64,000 bases of DNA from positions 1,408,001-1,472,000 of the forward strand of contig OZ244160.1 of the NCBI GenBank assembly GCA_965216325.1. The letters are read 5' to 3'. Positions 39,809-51,549 of the stretch are shown here, in pieces; the stretch's first letter is position 1; each line of letters begins with the position of its first letter. Source of the stretch: Coraliomargarita sp. Lineage in GTDB: Bacteria; Verrucomicrobiota; Verrucomicrobiia; Opitutales; Coraliomargaritaceae. Position numbers and translations under genes: made by a program. The notes beneath the pieces are model-generated. The model did not search any database. It saw nothing but the letters and a program-made list of their open reading frames with translations, and was not told the origin of the DNA.

Positions 39809-41143
39809 TTATTCCCAGTGATAGGCAGTCTCGCCATGTTCAGCCTGGTCCAGACCAGTGATCTCCTCTTCAGCACTGACACGCAGGCCAGTGGTTACCT
39901 TGCAAACGACTACGATGATTACCGTAGCGACCGCGGACCATGCGACCACTGCACCCAGTGCGATGAGTTGTGTGACCAATTGCTCGCCGACATTCTCCAC
40001 ACCGCTACCACCGAAAGCCGCAGTGCCAAAGACCGCGACCAGAATGGTGCCCATAATACCGCCGACACCGTGAACCGCAAATACGTCCAAGGAATCGTCG
40101 ATTTTCATGCCCTGCTTCACAATGCCACACATAAAGTAGCAAACGAAGCCAGCAAGGAAACCGATGCAGATCGCACCGAGCGGACCAACATTACCGGAAG
40201 CCGGTGTAATGGTTGCCAGACCAGCAACCATACCAGTCACGATACCAACGAGACCAGGCTTACCGGTCTTGATCCATTCAATGGTCATCCAAGTCAAACT
40301 CGCGACCGCTGCTGAGATATGCGTCACCAGCATGGTCATACCGGCTGCTTCATTGGCTGCCAACTGACTACCCGCATTGAAGCCGAACCAGCCGACCCAA
40401 AGCATCGATGCACCAATCATCACCATGCCCGGGCTATGCGGCACGTGCAGCTTCTTCGGGAAGCCTTCGCGTGGGCCGACAAACTTAGCGAGCAAGAGCG
40501 CGGAGATACCCGCAGTCGCGTGCACCACGATACCACCCGCCAAATCGAGAACGCCGCGCTGATAGAGCCAGCCGTCTGCAGACCAGACCCAGTGAGTCAC
40601 CGGAGCGTACACCAGAACCAGCCAGAGCGCAGTAAACAGTAGGATCGCGCTAAACTTCATGCGCTCAACGAATGCACCAACGATCAGGCCGGGTGTAATG
40701 ATCGCAAAGGTCATTTGGAACATCACGAAAATGGTTTCCGGAACACCGCCATCAATACTGTCCGCAGTCACACCAGCCAAACCGAGCTTACTGAAACCGC
40801 CCAGCCATGCAGAGCCCGCATCAAATGCTAGACTGTAGAGACCTGCGACCCAGAGCACGGAAGCCAAGCAAGCAATCGCAAAGCAGTGCATCAAGACTGA
40901 GAGCACATTTTGCGCGCGCACCAAGCCGCCATAGAACAATGCCAGACCAGGCAGTGTCATGAATAGAACGAGCACAGTCGCAGTGAGCATCCATGCGGTG
41001 TCACCCGAGCTAAGCTCGGAAACTGCCTCGGCAGCCACCGCGATTTCGGCTGTGACCGCGTCCGGCGCAGCCTCTTCAGCCATTGTCAATCCCGGCACGA
41101 GCGCAAGCAGCAGCACCGCCGTCAAACGGAGTATTGTCTTCAT
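39809..41143 (-). CDS. amtB: Ammonium transporter
   Basis: PGLALFYGG, FQMTFAIIT, DLAGGIVVH, GWFGFNAGS, DDSLDVFAVHG; start placed at ATG 41143. Confidence 0.95.
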   Translation of the reverse strand: MKTILRLTAVLLLALVPGLTMAEEAAPDAVTAEIAVAAEAVSELSSGDTAWMLTATVLVLFMTLPGLALFYGGLVRAQNVLSVLMHCFAIACLASVLWVAGLYSLAFDAGSAWLGGFSKLGLAGVTADSIDGGVPETIFVMFQMTFAIITPGLIVGAFVERMKFSAILLFTALWLVLVYAPVTHWVWSADGWLYQRGVLDLAGGIVVHATAGISALLLAKFVGPREGFPKKLHVPHSPGMVMIGASMLWVGWFGFNAGSQLAANEAAGMTMLVTHISAAVASLTWMTIEWIKTGKPGLVGIVTGMVAGLATITPASGNVGPLGAICIGFLAGFVCYFMCGIVKQGMKIDDSLDVFAVHGVGGIMGTILVAVFGTAAFGGSGVENVGEQLVTQLIALGAVVAWSAVATVIIVVVCKVTTGLRVSAEEEITGLDQAEHGETAYHWE

Positions 41144-41274
41144 TATATTGTGTATGTTGTTGTGGGTTGTTGGGTAGACCGCGCATCGAAACGAAGGCGC
41201 CCAACGATAACAAGACATTTCAAGCATTAGCATCCCTAATGACCCTAATACAATTATTCATACCCGCATAGCCC

Positions 41275-42051
41275 ATGCATAAGGAACGCCGCATCCCACT
41301 GGACTCACAACCAAACTTCCGCGACCTTGGTGGCTATCGCAGCGCAGATGGAAAAACCATCCGAAGCGGACTCCTATACCGCTCTGGAAACTTGGATGAA
41401 CTAAGCGATGCGGACCGCTTAACGATACGCGGGCTCAAAATCCGAACCGTGATCGACTTTCGCTCGGTCTCCGAAGCCCAAGCGGACGAAGCTTTCTGGA
41501 GTGAGCAAGGCACCCAATACATCCACCTACCAATTGATCCCGGCAATCTTGCCACACTCTTCTGGGAAGCCATGCGCACCGGCGACAGCTCCAAACTGCC
41601 TGATGATATCCTATCGGTAAACAATCGCCTGGTGATTCAGGAAGCTTGCAGCCAATACGGAGCCCTCTTCAAGCAACTCAGCGATCCAACGAATCTCCCC
41701 CTGCTGTTCAACTGCACGCATGGTAAAGATCGCACCGGCATCGCCGCGGTCTTAGTCTTAATGGCTCTCGGAGTCAGCGACGAAGCGAGCATGTCCGACT
41801 ACCTCCTCTCGAACACCTTCCGCGAGGCAGAAAACCAGGCACAGCTAGATACGCTCCGCGAAGCAGTCCAAGACAAGCCCGGTATCGATTTAAAGAAACT
41901 CGAAGCAGCATTCACACTGCTCCCGCACCACTTCGACGTGATATTCGATAGCATCCAAGAACTCCATGGAGGCCTGGAAAACTACTTAGCCCAAGGACTG
42001 AAGTTAAGCGAACAGGAGATTGCCGCGATACGCAGCAATCTTCTGTCGTGA
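41275..42051 (+). CDS. Tyrosine-protein phosphatase family protein (IphP/PtpB-like)
   Basis: NFRDLGGY, LYRSG, CTHGKDRTG P-loop, DYLLSN. Confidence 0.88.
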   Translation: MHKERRIPLDSQPNFRDLGGYRSADGKTIRSGLLYRSGNLDELSDADRLTIRGLKIRTVIDFRSVSEAQADEAFWSEQGTQYIHLPIDPGNLATLFWEAMRTGDSSKLPDDILSVNNRLVIQEACSQYGALFKQLSDPTNLPLLFNCTHGKDRTGIAAVLVLMALGVSDEASMSDYLLSNTFREAENQAQLDTLREAVQDKPGIDLKKLEAAFTLLPHHFDVIFDSIQELHGGLENYLAQGLKLSEQEIAAIRSNLLS

Positions 42052-42176
42052 CGAACCACCCCGCTGAAACACCGCGGAGCATTAAGCATCAGGCAGGGCT
42101 CGTTGCCCCCAACAAGCCGCCACACGAACAAGATGGCGGTTCGATAAAGATATCGAACCCTACCTTAACATGCAGT

Positions 42177-44798
42177 TCACTCCACCAGCTCAGGTGTTTC
42201 AGCTTCCTCCTCGACGCGCATCGCCAGCCCTTCGCCTTCGATAGTAAACACGACCTCACTGTGCTCGGGGATTTCACCACTCAGCATCGCACGGGCTAAG
42301 CGTGTCTCGACTTGCTTTTGCAAGAAACGCTTGAGCGGACGGGCACCATAGACGGGATCGTAACCTCGCTCCGCGATCCACTCACGAGCCAGAGCATCGA
42401 ACTGGATCGCGATGTGGCGCTCCTCGAGACGACGGTTTAAATCCTGCAGTAAAAGATCTACGATCGAAGTAATCTCTTCAAGCGTCAGCGGCTTGAACAG
42501 GATCGTATCATCGATGCGGTTCAAGAACTCTGGACGGAAGCCTTGGCGCAACTCAGCCATGACCGATTCGCGCACACTTTCAGGAATCTCCGCACCAGAT
42601 ACGCCTTCCGTCAGGAAACGGCTACCGACATTCGACGTCATGATAATCACCGTGTTCTTAAAGTCGACTGTGTGACCTTGCGCATCGGTAATCCGACCAT
42701 CGTCCAAGACTTGCAATAAGACGTTGAAGACATCCGGGTGCGCCTTCTCGATCTCATCGAACAAGACGACGGAGTATGGCTTACGGCGAACGGCTTCGGT
42801 CAACTGACCGCCTTCATCATAGCCAACATAGCCTGGAGGCGCGCCAATCAGTCGAGCCACCGCGTGCTTCTCCATGTATTCCGACATATCGATACGAACG
42901 ATATTTTCTTCAGTATCAAAGAGTGACTCCGCAAGTGTGCGCGCCAGCTCGGTCTTACCCACACCCGTTGGGCCAAGGAACAAGAAGCTACCGATTGGAC
43001 GGCGCGGATCTTTGATACCCGCACGCGCACGGAGGATCGCTTCGGAGACCAGCGTCACCGCTTCGTCCTGGCCGATCACACGCTGGTGCAAGACCTCTTC
43101 AAGACGCAGAAGCTTTTCCTTCTCACCTTCAACGAGTCGAGTAACCGGCACGCCGGTCCACTTCGCAACGATTGAAGCAATTTCTTCTTGAGAGACCTCC
43201 TCTTTAAGCAAGGCACCCTCTTTAACTTCGACCGCTTCAAGCGATTGCAACTTGGCTTCGAGCTCGGGCAGCTTACCGTGACGCAACTGCGCAACTGTAT
43301 TCAGATCGTAACTACGTTCTGCCTTTTCCATTTCGATACGGGTCGCGTCGAGCGCTTCGCGCACTTGGCGAATTTGATCGATCGCGCCCTTCTCTGAATC
43401 CCACTGCGCACGCAGACCCGATTCTTTCTCGCGAATATCGGCGAGCTCCTTGGAGAGTGCTTCCAGGCGTTCTTTCGAAACCGCGTCCTTTTCATTTTTC
43501 AAGGCGGCTTCTTCGATCTCCAGTTGCAGTGCGCGACGTGTCAGCGCGTCCAGCTCCTGCGGCATGCTATCCATCTCCGTGCGAATCATCGCACAGGCTT
43601 CGTCGACCAAGTCGATCGCCTTGTCAGGCAAGAAGCGCTCGCTGATGTAGCGGTGCGAAAGCACCGCGGCTTGAACTAAAGCGTTGTCCTGGATGCGCAC
43701 ACCATGGTGCAGCTCAAAGCGTTCGCGCAGACCACGCAGGATCGAGATCGTGTCTTCGACATTCGGTTGATCGACTTGAACGGGCTGGAAGCGACGCTCA
43801 AGCGCCGCATCTTTTTCGATGTGCTGTCGGTATTCGTCGAGTGTGGTCGCACCGATACAGTGCAGCTCACCCCGAGCCAAAACCGGCTTGAGCATATTGC
43901 CCGCATCCATCGCTCCCTCAGTTTTACCCGCACCAACGATGGTATGCAACTCGTCGATAAAGAGCAGAATGCGGCCCTCACTATTTTTGACCTCAGCCAG
44001 CACGGCCTTCAGGCGCTCTTCGAATTCACCGCGATACTTGGCACCCGCAACCAGCGAGCCCATATCGAGGGCGAAGACTGTCTTGTCCTTGATCCCCTCC
44101 GGCACGTCGCCACGCACAATGCGTTGCGCGAGGCCCTCGACGATCGCGGTCTTACCCACCCCCGGCTCACCGATGAGCACAGGGTTGTTCTTTGTCTTAC
44201 GAGACAGGATACGAATCACACGACGGATCTCATCATCGCGGCCAATCACGGGATCCATTTTGCCCTTACGTGCCTGCTCGACCAGATCGATGCCGTATTT
44301 CTCAAGTGCCTCGAAGGTCGTTTCTGGATTGCGACTGGTCACAGTTTGACCACCACGCATGGACTGCAGGGTTTCAAGGACTTTCGCACGATCCAGCCCA
44401 AATTGCTTAAAGAAGTCGGCGAGCTTGCCTGAAGCTCCAAGCAGACCCAGCAAGAGGTGCTCCGTGCTGAGGAACTCATCCTTCAATTTGGACTTTGCCT
44501 TCTCCGCATCGCCAAGGGCTTTCTGCAAGGCGGAGGAAACATACACTTGGCTCGCATTCACACTGCCGCTCGCTTTCGGCAAGGCATCCAACTCACGTTG
44601 CGCAGCCAATTGCACTGCAGAGGGCGTGATTTGCATACGCTCCAAGAGTCCGGGGACGATCCCTCCCTCTTGAGTGACTAGAGCAAGAAGGAGATGCCAG
44701 ACGTCGATCTCCTGCTGACCGTGACTTCGCGCAAGATTTTGCGCTTCCTGCACGGCAAAGGCAGATTTTTCGGTGAAGCTGTTAAAATCAATATTCAT
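42177..44798 (-). CDS. clpB: ATP-dependent chaperone ClpB
   Basis: Two AAA+ modules ([16 protein letters not shown]) and coiled-coil M domain; start placed at ATG 44798. Confidence 0.96.
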   Translation of the reverse strand: MNIDFNSFTEKSAFAVQEAQNLARSHGQQEIDVWHLLLALVTQEGGIVPGLLERMQITPSAVQLAAQRELDALPKASGSVNASQVYVSSALQKALGDAEKAKSKLKDEFLSTEHLLLGLLGASGKLADFFKQFGLDRAKVLETLQSMRGGQTVTSRNPETTFEALEKYGIDLVEQARKGKMDPVIGRDDEIRRVIRILSRKTKNNPVLIGEPGVGKTAIVEGLAQRIVRGDVPEGIKDKTVFALDMGSLVAGAKYRGEFEERLKAVLAEVKNSEGRILLFIDELHTIVGAGKTEGAMDAGNMLKPVLARGELHCIGATTLDEYRQHIEKDAALERRFQPVQVDQPNVEDTISILRGLRERFELHHGVRIQDNALVQAAVLSHRYISERFLPDKAIDLVDEACAMIRTEMDSMPQELDALTRRALQLEIEEAALKNEKDAVSKERLEALSKELADIREKESGLRAQWDSEKGAIDQIRQVREALDATRIEMEKAERSYDLNTVAQLRHGKLPELEAKLQSLEAVEVKEGALLKEEVSQEEIASIVAKWTGVPVTRLVEGEKEKLLRLEEVLHQRVIGQDEAVTLVSEAILRARAGIKDPRRPIGSFLFLGPTGVGKTELARTLAESLFDTEENIVRIDMSEYMEKHAVARLIGAPPGYVGYDEGGQLTEAVRRKPYSVVLFDEIEKAHPDVFNVLLQVLDDGRITDAQGHTVDFKNTVIIMTSNVGSRFLTEGVSGAEIPESVRESVMAELRQGFRPEFLNRIDDTILFKPLTLEEITSIVDLLLQDLNRRLEERHIAIQFDALAREWIAERGYDPVYGARPLKRFLQKQVETRLARAMLSGEIPEHSEVVFTIEGEGLAMRVEEEAETPELVE

Positions 44799-44809
44799 GC
44801 CTCCCCTCG

Positions 44810-44825
44810 TGCAGGTTATGTTCCA
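44810..44825 (-). promoter_or_regulatory. Putative sigma54 (-24/-12) promoter of clpB
   Basis: TGGAAC-ATAAC-CTGCA versus consensus TGGCAC-N5-TTGCW, with correct GG-N10-GC spacing. Confidence 0.5.
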
Positions 44826-44993
44826 AGCACCCAAAAGGGCATCCACGCTGAAAATCAGCAACTTACAAAACAAACAGTCTCACCCAAAGTGACACAGAAC
44901 GGGACACAACACAAAAACGGGACATGCTGTCACAAACCTGTCCCGTTACTAAAATTCTGAGTTAGACCGCTGAATCACGCTTAACTCAACAAA

Positions 44994-45074
44994 TGGAGGG
45001 CAATGCTCCGTCATTGCCACCGAAGGACAGGCGTCTTACAACATCGAACGGCAACGACGGAGCGTTGCCGTTCA
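44994..45074. repeat. TGGAG-type REP doublet (family A)
   Basis: TGGAGGGCAATGCTCCGTCATTGCC ... GGCAACGACGGAGCGTTGCC. Confidence 0.85.
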
Positions 45075-45103
45075 CTAATTAAGCTTCCTTCAGCGGTAAG
45101 CCC

Positions 45104-45724
45104 TCACCCAGCCGGAGCCGCACCCGTTGGTGTGCCGCGATTCTTAAAAAAACGGAAAATCGTGCGAAGCACGAAATACATCAGAATCAACACAAAGAAG
45201 GCACAAAGGATCGGCACCAACACCGCCAAGCCAGCAGTAAATATGGAGCCGCCCAATTCGACCGTGGAAACCGCCGGATTACCGATACCGCCAGTCGTCG
45301 CAGTCGATGCCCCACGCGTGATCACCGAAGCCCCCTGCACGACACCAGCGGTGCCACCTCCCGCAATCGTTGCCACGATCCACTTAAAGGAACCGTCGCC
45401 CATGAACTCCGGCATCATTGCGCCAGTAATAAACGACCCCGCCACGACCGCAGCCGGCGTCGCGATCGAATCGAGCGCGTTGTCCAACCAAGGGATATAA
45501 TAGCTACCCACTTCAAGTGCGGTCGCCACCCCGAGTGCAATCGTCACTGGAGTGCTACCGAGCCACTCATAATCAGTGCCCAACATTGCTTGGAAATTCA
45601 TATCGCCGAAGGCATCCACTCCGGTATTGGCAGCCAAACTGGCAATAAACAAGGGCACGAAGACTCGAAACCCGCAAGCCGCCGCTAGGCCGACCCCGAC
45701 AACAATGGCAAATGCTTCATTCAT
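45104..45724 (-). CDS. DUF4126 family membrane protein
   Basis: GLAAACGFRVFVPL, YYIPWLDNALD, TTGGIGNPAVSTVE. Confidence 0.8.
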   Translation of the reverse strand: MNEAFAIVVGVGLAAACGFRVFVPLFIASLAANTGVDAFGDMNFQAMLGTDYEWLGSTPVTIALGVATALEVGSYYIPWLDNALDSIATPAAVVAGSFITGAMMPEFMGDGSFKWIVATIAGGGTAGVVQGASVITRGASTATTGGIGNPAVSTVELGGSIFTAGLAVLVPILCAFFVLILMYFVLRTIFRFFKNRGTPTGAAPAG

Positions 45725-46164
45725 AGTTAGTGAGAGTTACACATGAACGATTCGTTCCGAAAGGATTCAATGGAACCAATCTCAACATCTAAACTGCAAG
45801 AGTTAGTCAGACGGGTCAAGCAACACAAATAGACCGCTCACCAGTCAACTTGCATTAAAAGAATCCAAGAACAGAAACAGACGTGAATGCCATGCGAGCC
45901 ACAGAGTCTTACGCACGAACTTTGCACATGATTCAAAATCAATCTTACACCTGACTAGGACTATCGTGATCAGGCAATGAAGCCAACATCAACCCCGACT
46001 TTCCGAGCAGTTTAGCAAAGTCAGGTTCGCCACATCACACAAAGTCATTTCAGCCACATTTAATATACGCCGTTAATGCCTATTTGCTTCAACTCAGTTC
46101 GGTTGTTTTTGCCTTGAGTTCTTGTCTTAACGAAATGGTGTGACACTCACACTAGCCTTAAACT

Positions 46165-46749
46165 ATGCACAATAAACTGCGGACTATCCTAACTGCCTCA
46201 TTGGCCTATACATTAACCTCCAATGCTGCAATCGATCTAACTATTAGCTATAACTCGGAGCTAAACTCAACCACATTGAGCTACTCAGGAAGCTGGGAAA
46301 CGATCGGACTCACCGGAACTGACCCCACAGGCTATCAAGCTGGAGACGGCTGGAGCCTCACCCATCCGAGCCGCATCTACGCGATGGGCAAAACGCCACA
46401 TATCTGGTATACTCACGGAGATGCCTCACTAACCTCCACACCCTTTATTGAGTTGGATCTTGGAAATGAAACAGTGGAAGGCGATGCATGGGGCTTTAGT
46501 GAAGCAACACTCTTCGCTCCAGTAGGCTATGTTGCAGGAGATTCAATTAATGGCTCAGTGACGTTCCAAAACACGACACTTTCCGATATCGGACTAGACC
46601 CTGTAGAGATTGCCAATGGTGGAGTGATTTCAGGCCTAGGTGCTGGCAACGATATCACATGGAGTGTCATTCCAGAACCATCCCAATATACAGTCGTGCT
46701 ATCCAGTATATTGGTCGCTTGCATCGCATTCACCCGACGCCGTCGCTAG
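46165..46749 (+). CDS. PEP-CTERM sorting-domain exported protein
   Basis: Signal peptide; C-terminal VIPEPS + hydrophobic helix + RRRR. Confidence 0.85.
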   Translation: MHNKLRTILTASLAYTLTSNAAIDLTISYNSELNSTTLSYSGSWETIGLTGTDPTGYQAGDGWSLTHPSRIYAMGKTPHIWYTHGDASLTSTPFIELDLGNETVEGDAWGFSEATLFAPVGYVAGDSINGSVTFQNTTLSDIGLDPVEIANGGVISGLGAGNDITWSVIPEPSQYTVVLSSILVACIAFTRRRR

Positions 46750-46876
46750 CAACCAGAGTGCGCGTCTGGAATAAGGCCTAAGTTAAGCCTCTAGCATAGA
46801 GCTATACGGCAGAACGATCAATCATCACCAATGAAATAGGATTGAACTCGCGAGTCACAAGGAAACACTCACGACC

Positions 46877-47668
46877 ATGATCTTCGATCCCGAAAAACTC
46901 CTCTTACTCGCAGGCCCCTGCTCGCTCGAAAGCCTCGACACCTGCCGACCAGTCGCGGATGCGCTCAAAGCCCTCGAAGCCAAGCACCCGGAGCTCAACA
47001 TTCTGTTCAAGGGTTCTTTTGATAAAGCCAACCGCACATCGATCAACAGCGACCGTGGCACTGGCATCGATAAAGGATTGGAGATTTTCAAAACCATCCA
47101 ATCTGAATACGGCTTCAAAACGATCACCGACATCCACCTACCGGAGCAGTGCGCACAGGTCGGAGCCGTAGTCGATGCCATGCAAATTCCGGCCTTCCTT
47201 TGCCGTCAAACCGATCTGCTGGTCGCAGCGGCGGCAACCGATTGCGCAATCAACGTGAAGAAGGGGCAGTTCCTCTCTCCCTACGAAATGAAGTTCGTCA
47301 CGAACAAGCTTGAGGAAGCGGGCGCAAGGGAAATCTGGCAAACCGACCGTGGCACCACGTTTGGCTATCAGAACCTCGTCGTCGACATGCGTAGCTTCAG
47401 CATTATGGCTGAGAATGGCCACCCGACGGTCATCGATGCCACCCACAGCGTGCAGCTCCCGGGCGCAGCTGGTGGAGTCAGTGGCGGTCAACGCGAATAC
47501 GTGCCTGCCCTCGCCCGCGCGGCCCTGGCGGCGGGTGCCAATGGCGTGTTCCTCGAAACGCACCCAAATCCAGAGCAAGCCATCTCCGATGCAGCCAGCC
47601 AAGTGCCACTCGAGGAGCTCCCTGAGCTGGTCGAAAGCCTGGTTCGCGTGTGGAACGCGGTTAACTAG
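46877..47668 (+). CDS. kdsA: KDO-8-phosphate synthase
   Basis: [43 protein letters not shown]. Confidence 0.95.
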   Translation: MIFDPEKLLLLAGPCSLESLDTCRPVADALKALEAKHPELNILFKGSFDKANRTSINSDRGTGIDKGLEIFKTIQSEYGFKTITDIHLPEQCAQVGAVVDAMQIPAFLCRQTDLLVAAAATDCAINVKKGQFLSPYEMKFVTNKLEEAGAREIWQTDRGTTFGYQNLVVDMRSFSIMAENGHPTVIDATHSVQLPGAAGGVSGGQREYVPALARAALAAGANGVFLETHPNPEQAISDAASQVPLEELPELVESLVRVWNAVN

Positions 47669-47749
47669 TTGAAGGTTGATCGTTGCATGAGCTGCCTTTG
47701 GAGCAGCCAGTATTCAGCAAACAACAAACCACTCTCAACCAACAACACG

Positions 47750-48310
47750 ATGCGAATTACCGGAGGTCGAGCACGCGGCATCGCACTCAAAACGCCCGCA
47801 GGCGATCACACACGCCCTGCGACAGATCGCATGCGCGAGTCGATTTTCTCAAGTCTGGGACCGAGTATTGAAGGCTGTCACGTGGCGGATTTGTTTGCCG
47901 GCACCGGCAGTTACGGACTCGAAGCCCTCAGTCGCGGAGCGGCGAGTGCGGATTTCTACGAAACGGATCGGAAAGCACTGACCTGCCTCAAACAGAATAT
48001 TCAGGCTGTGCTCCGCAGCTGTGAGCTCGCAGCACATTCCGCCAAGATACACAGTAGGGACATCTACACGCTAAAAGACGCAGCCCCGCGCTACCATTTG
48101 ATCTTTCTCGATCCGCCCTACGGCACGATCGCAGGGAATCTAAACCGCATTTTCGAATGTGCCGTCAGCCCCATTGCCACGGGTGATGCACGTGCGGTAC
48201 TCGAGCTGCCGGGCAATTTGACCCCGGAAATTGACGGCTGGAAACTCGTGCGCCGCCTAGGGAAAGCCGGCAAAGACAAACCAACCGCAGCGATCTTTGC
48301 GCGCGCTTAG
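47750..48310 (+). CDS. rsmD: 16S rRNA (guanine966-N2)-methyltransferase
   Basis: [37 protein letters not shown]. Confidence 0.88.
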   Translation: MRITGGRARGIALKTPAGDHTRPATDRMRESIFSSLGPSIEGCHVADLFAGTGSYGLEALSRGAASADFYETDRKALTCLKQNIQAVLRSCELAAHSAKIHSRDIYTLKDAAPRYHLIFLDPPYGTIAGNLNRIFECAVSPIATGDARAVLELPGNLTPEIDGWKLVRRLGKAGKDKPTAAIFARA

Positions 48311-48342
48311 AAGCGGCACGTTACGGATAACGCGCCCTAGCT

Positions 48343-48744
48343 TTATTGCTGGGCCTGATAGATCACGTCCTCAGCAACGAGGACATTGTCCGCACGAACC
48401 ACGCGCTTATTGCCATCGGCGAGAACTAAGACTTTCGGCTTCCAGCTTTTTGCTTCTTCAGCTTGAAACTGCGCGAAAGACATGATGACCAGCAGGTCGC
48501 CAATCGCACCGAGATGCGCAGCCGCACCGTTCAGCGAAATCGTGTGTGAGCCTTTGGGAGCTTCAATCGCGTAGGTCTCGAAGCGCTCGCCATTGGCGAT
48601 ATTGGCGACGAGAATCTTCTCATACGGCATGAGACCGATCTGTTCCATCAATGCAGAGTCAATCGCCAGACTGCCCTCATAATGAAGAGCGCGGTCCGTT
48701 ACCTCTGCGCGGAGCAGCTTGGATTTAAGGAGCGTAACTTGCAT
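48343..48744 (-). CDS. panD: Aspartate 1-decarboxylase
   Basis: LKSKL, YEGS cleavage site, [15 protein letters not shown]. Confidence 0.93.
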   Translation of the reverse strand: MQVTLLKSKLLRAEVTDRALHYEGSLAIDSALMEQIGLMPYEKILVANIANGERFETYAIEAPKGSHTISLNGAAAHLGAIGDLLVIMSFAQFQAEEAKSWKPKVLVLADGNKRVVRADNVLVAEDVIYQAQQ

Positions 48745-48860
48745 AGATCTAATAGGTTCGGATTTAGACAAATTGTCAAAAGGGCGCACAAGTTGGCGAA
48801 TCCCTCTGAGTTTGGCAATTCTGGAATTATTGCCAGATTCTAGCAATTCGAATGCCTAAA

Positions 48861-49988
48861 TCAGGTTTCTTCGCGACGCACGACGACGGAAAACACGCAA
48901 GTTGTGCCCTGTCCCTGCTCACTTTGAATGCTGAGTTCGCCCCCAAGACGATCCGCAATGGTGCGGCAAAGCGAGAGCCCAACCCCGAGCCCTCCATGCG
49001 TGCGCTTGAGCGAGGAATCCTCTTGTGAGAAAGCATCGTAAATACGACCACTCTGAAGATAATCCGGATCAATCCCCGGGCCAGTGTCCTTAATTTCGAA
49101 GCGCAATTTTACATTCGAGTCTGCTAGAGACTCAAAGGAAACCGACAGCGTAACCTGCCCCTCTGCCGTGAATTTGACCGCATTATGCAGCAGTTTACGC
49201 AAAGCGATTCGAATCTCGTCCTCCGGACCTGAGACAAATTGAGGCACATCCGATGGAATATCCGTAACAAGGTCGACCAAGTCCTTGGGTTTCTCGTCAT
49301 TCACCAACTTGATCATCATCGTCGCCGGGTTAAACGAGCCGGACGAGACGTCCTCCTCACCCATGGAAAGCCGGGCATAAGTGAAAATGTCCTGCACATG
49401 CCCGAAATAATCCTTACTACAATCACGAATAGTCCCGAGGAATTCCTTCTGTTCCTCGTCCAGTTCGGTATCCTCCAGCAAATCGAGAAAACCCAAGATG
49501 CCATTCATAGGCGTATTCAACTCGTGGCTGACAATCTCCAGAAAATTAGTCTTCGCCGCATTCACATCGTTGCGGATCACGGTGTCCTGCCGCGTATTAA
49601 ACAGAAAGCTTTCATAGCAACGTCCGACGACGGTCTGAATGTGATCGAGGTCAAAAGGCTTCTTTAAATACTCGGATGCCCCCAGCGAAATCGCCTGCCG
49701 AGCCGTCTCCAGTGTCTCATACGCAGTCAACACAATGACCTCGGTATACTTATCGAGCTTCTTTACCTCACGGAGCACATCAATGCCACTCATGCCACGC
49801 ATCCGAATGTCGGTAATGACCAAGTCGAAGGGTTGCTCGGCCGAGAACTCCACCGCCTCTTCTCCCGATGTGGCAATGGTCACATCGTAGTCATCGCAAA
49901 AGATCATATTCAGCGATTGGCGTGGGCCTTCCTCATCATCGACGACGAGCATTCGTTTGGTTGCTAGAGCAGAGTGGTCTTCGGTCAT
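48861..49988 (-). CDS. Hybrid receiver-histidine kinase (REC-HisKA-HATPase), cytoplasmic
   Basis: VVDDE..TDIRM..LTAY..KPF receiver; SHELNTP, NAVKFT, DTGPGI, GLGVGL; start 49988 or 50024. Confidence 0.9.
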   Translation of the reverse strand: MTEDHSALATKRMLVVDDEEGPRQSLNMIFCDDYDVTIATSGEEAVEFSAEQPFDLVITDIRMRGMSGIDVLREVKKLDKYTEVIVLTAYETLETARQAISLGASEYLKKPFDLDHIQTVVGRCYESFLFNTRQDTVIRNDVNAAKTNFLEIVSHELNTPMNGILGFLDLLEDTELDEEQKEFLGTIRDCSKDYFGHVQDIFTYARLSMGEEDVSSGSFNPATMMIKLVNDEKPKDLVDLVTDIPSDVPQFVSGPEDEIRIALRKLLHNAVKFTAEGQVTLSVSFESLADSNVKLRFEIKDTGPGIDPDYLQSGRIYDAFSQEDSSLKRTHGGLGVGLSLCRTIADRLGGELSIQSEQGQGTTCVFSVVVRREET

Positions 49989-50085
49989 GAGCGGTTCGGT
50001 TGGTAGAAAGTTAATATCGAGCAATCACTGCTACAATGATTCGGTAGTACACGGTTCAGCGTCAATCAATCCATCTTTCGTTGCG

Positions 50086-51531
50086 CTACAAACTGGGTGA
50101 CGGATCCATTTGTAGGTTCAATTTTAACCTGATCGCACGGACCACTGCGGTCACATCAAAGGGCTTCTGAATTACAAGGTCACCTTCGGCCACACGACCA
50201 TCCGCACACAGCATGCGCTTATTCCGAGCACTCGAATATGCCAACTGGACCGCGCCCTGCAGGACCGCCTGTAGCCCGCGTATACGCTCAAGAACTTCCG
50301 GCTCAAAGCGGTCCAAATCGAACAGCAAACAATCCACGGCCCCAGACGCGATCAAATCAGCAGCTTCATCCGCGTGCGCACAATACATCACATGCGCAGC
50401 ATCTTCGAGCAATACGCTTAAACTATCTGCAATCGGTTCATATGCATCCAGCACCAACAAATTCGGACGTAGCGCACGAACGGCCTGCTCCAGCCCAGAG
50501 CGAGCCATCTCAACAACATGCGCCCAACTCTGAGCGACCTCATCATGCTCTGGCTGAAAAACTGTCAGCTTTAAATCCTCCAATTGAACATCCCTCAACT
50601 CAGGCCCAAGCTTTCGGCGCACCTGTGATAACGTCTGCCCCGGAAAAATACAGGCACACACATAGGCATCCAACGGCTGAATCAAATCTGCACTTAACTC
50701 CACAGACAACTGACTTTGCTTCAAGGACGCATATAATACGCCCGCCTGTTGCTTCGACTCAAGGAGCGCGACACTGACTGGCGAATTCTGATATTTACCA
50801 CGATAATACTCACGCTCTAAAGCCCCAAGCAGTTTAGACCGACGCTTACTCAAATCGTAAATAACGTATGCCGAGACCATCCCCGTACCGGGGTCGAAAC
50901 ATCTGCGAGCCGCAAATAGAAAGCGCCCTTCGACTTCAAAGTGCGCGTCAGCACCATTGCCAACGCAGTCTTGAAGCGCAAGAAGCACATCACATCGCTC
51001 GGGATGCTGCGGTTCACTCACTAGGCCAAGTTGCTTCCAAGCCAAGGCATTACCTGACATCAGATCGCCTGCAGCATCAAAACACAAAATACCCAACGGC
51101 AACTGATCGATCAGAAACTGCAGTACTTTAATCTGACGCTCCGTATGGCGCTGCTCCTTCGCCCGCCCATATAAGGCCGCGAGAAAATCTGCCATCGAGC
51201 CCATCAAACGCAAATCTTCCGCACCAAACGGACGCTGATCTTTACGACCCGAAACACGAAGAAAGCCGCCTTCTGCAGCACCTGACAAGGGAAGCACAAC
51301 GCGCCCCTGCTCAAAAACACGAGCCGATGACTCGCCATCGGCATTCAGCTCATCCTCGATCAGGAAGCTCCCCCTCAAATATGGGTCAGCCTCCACCGCA
51401 TTGCTAAGCGAATGACAGAAGCCTTGAAAGTCCGAGAATGAGCCAATTGCCCGCGCAAAACGCCGATACGACTCGGACAGTGACGCAGCCGTCATTTCAA
51501 TCGGCGCTGTATGTTCTTCAGACGGTTTCAT
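50086..51531 (-). CDS. Multi-domain signalling protein (GAF/PAS-like, degenerate central domain, C-terminal receiver)
   Basis: FGAEDLRLM GAF-end helix; IDQLPLGILCFD PAS start; C-terminal LLVLD..CLLFDLD..QKPFD. Confidence 0.6.
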   Translation of the reverse strand: MKPSEEHTAPIEMTAASLSESYRRFARAIGSFSDFQGFCHSLSNAVEADPYLRGSFLIEDELNADGESSARVFEQGRVVLPLSGAAEGGFLRVSGRKDQRPFGAEDLRLMGSMADFLAALYGRAKEQRHTERQIKVLQFLIDQLPLGILCFDAAGDLMSGNALAWKQLGLVSEPQHPERCDVLLALQDCVGNGADAHFEVEGRFLFAARRCFDPGTGMVSAYVIYDLSKRRSKLLGALEREYYRGKYQNSPVSVALLESKQQAGVLYASLKQSQLSVELSADLIQPLDAYVCACIFPGQTLSQVRRKLGPELRDVQLEDLKLTVFQPEHDEVAQSWAHVVEMARSGLEQAVRALRPNLLVLDAYEPIADSLSVLLEDAAHVMYCAHADEAADLIASGAVDCLLFDLDRFEPEVLERIRGLQAVLQGAVQLAYSSARNKRMLCADGRVAEGDLVIQKPFDVTAVVRAIRLKLNLQMDPSPSL

Positions 51532-51549
51532 AGAATCCAGTACTAGGCC

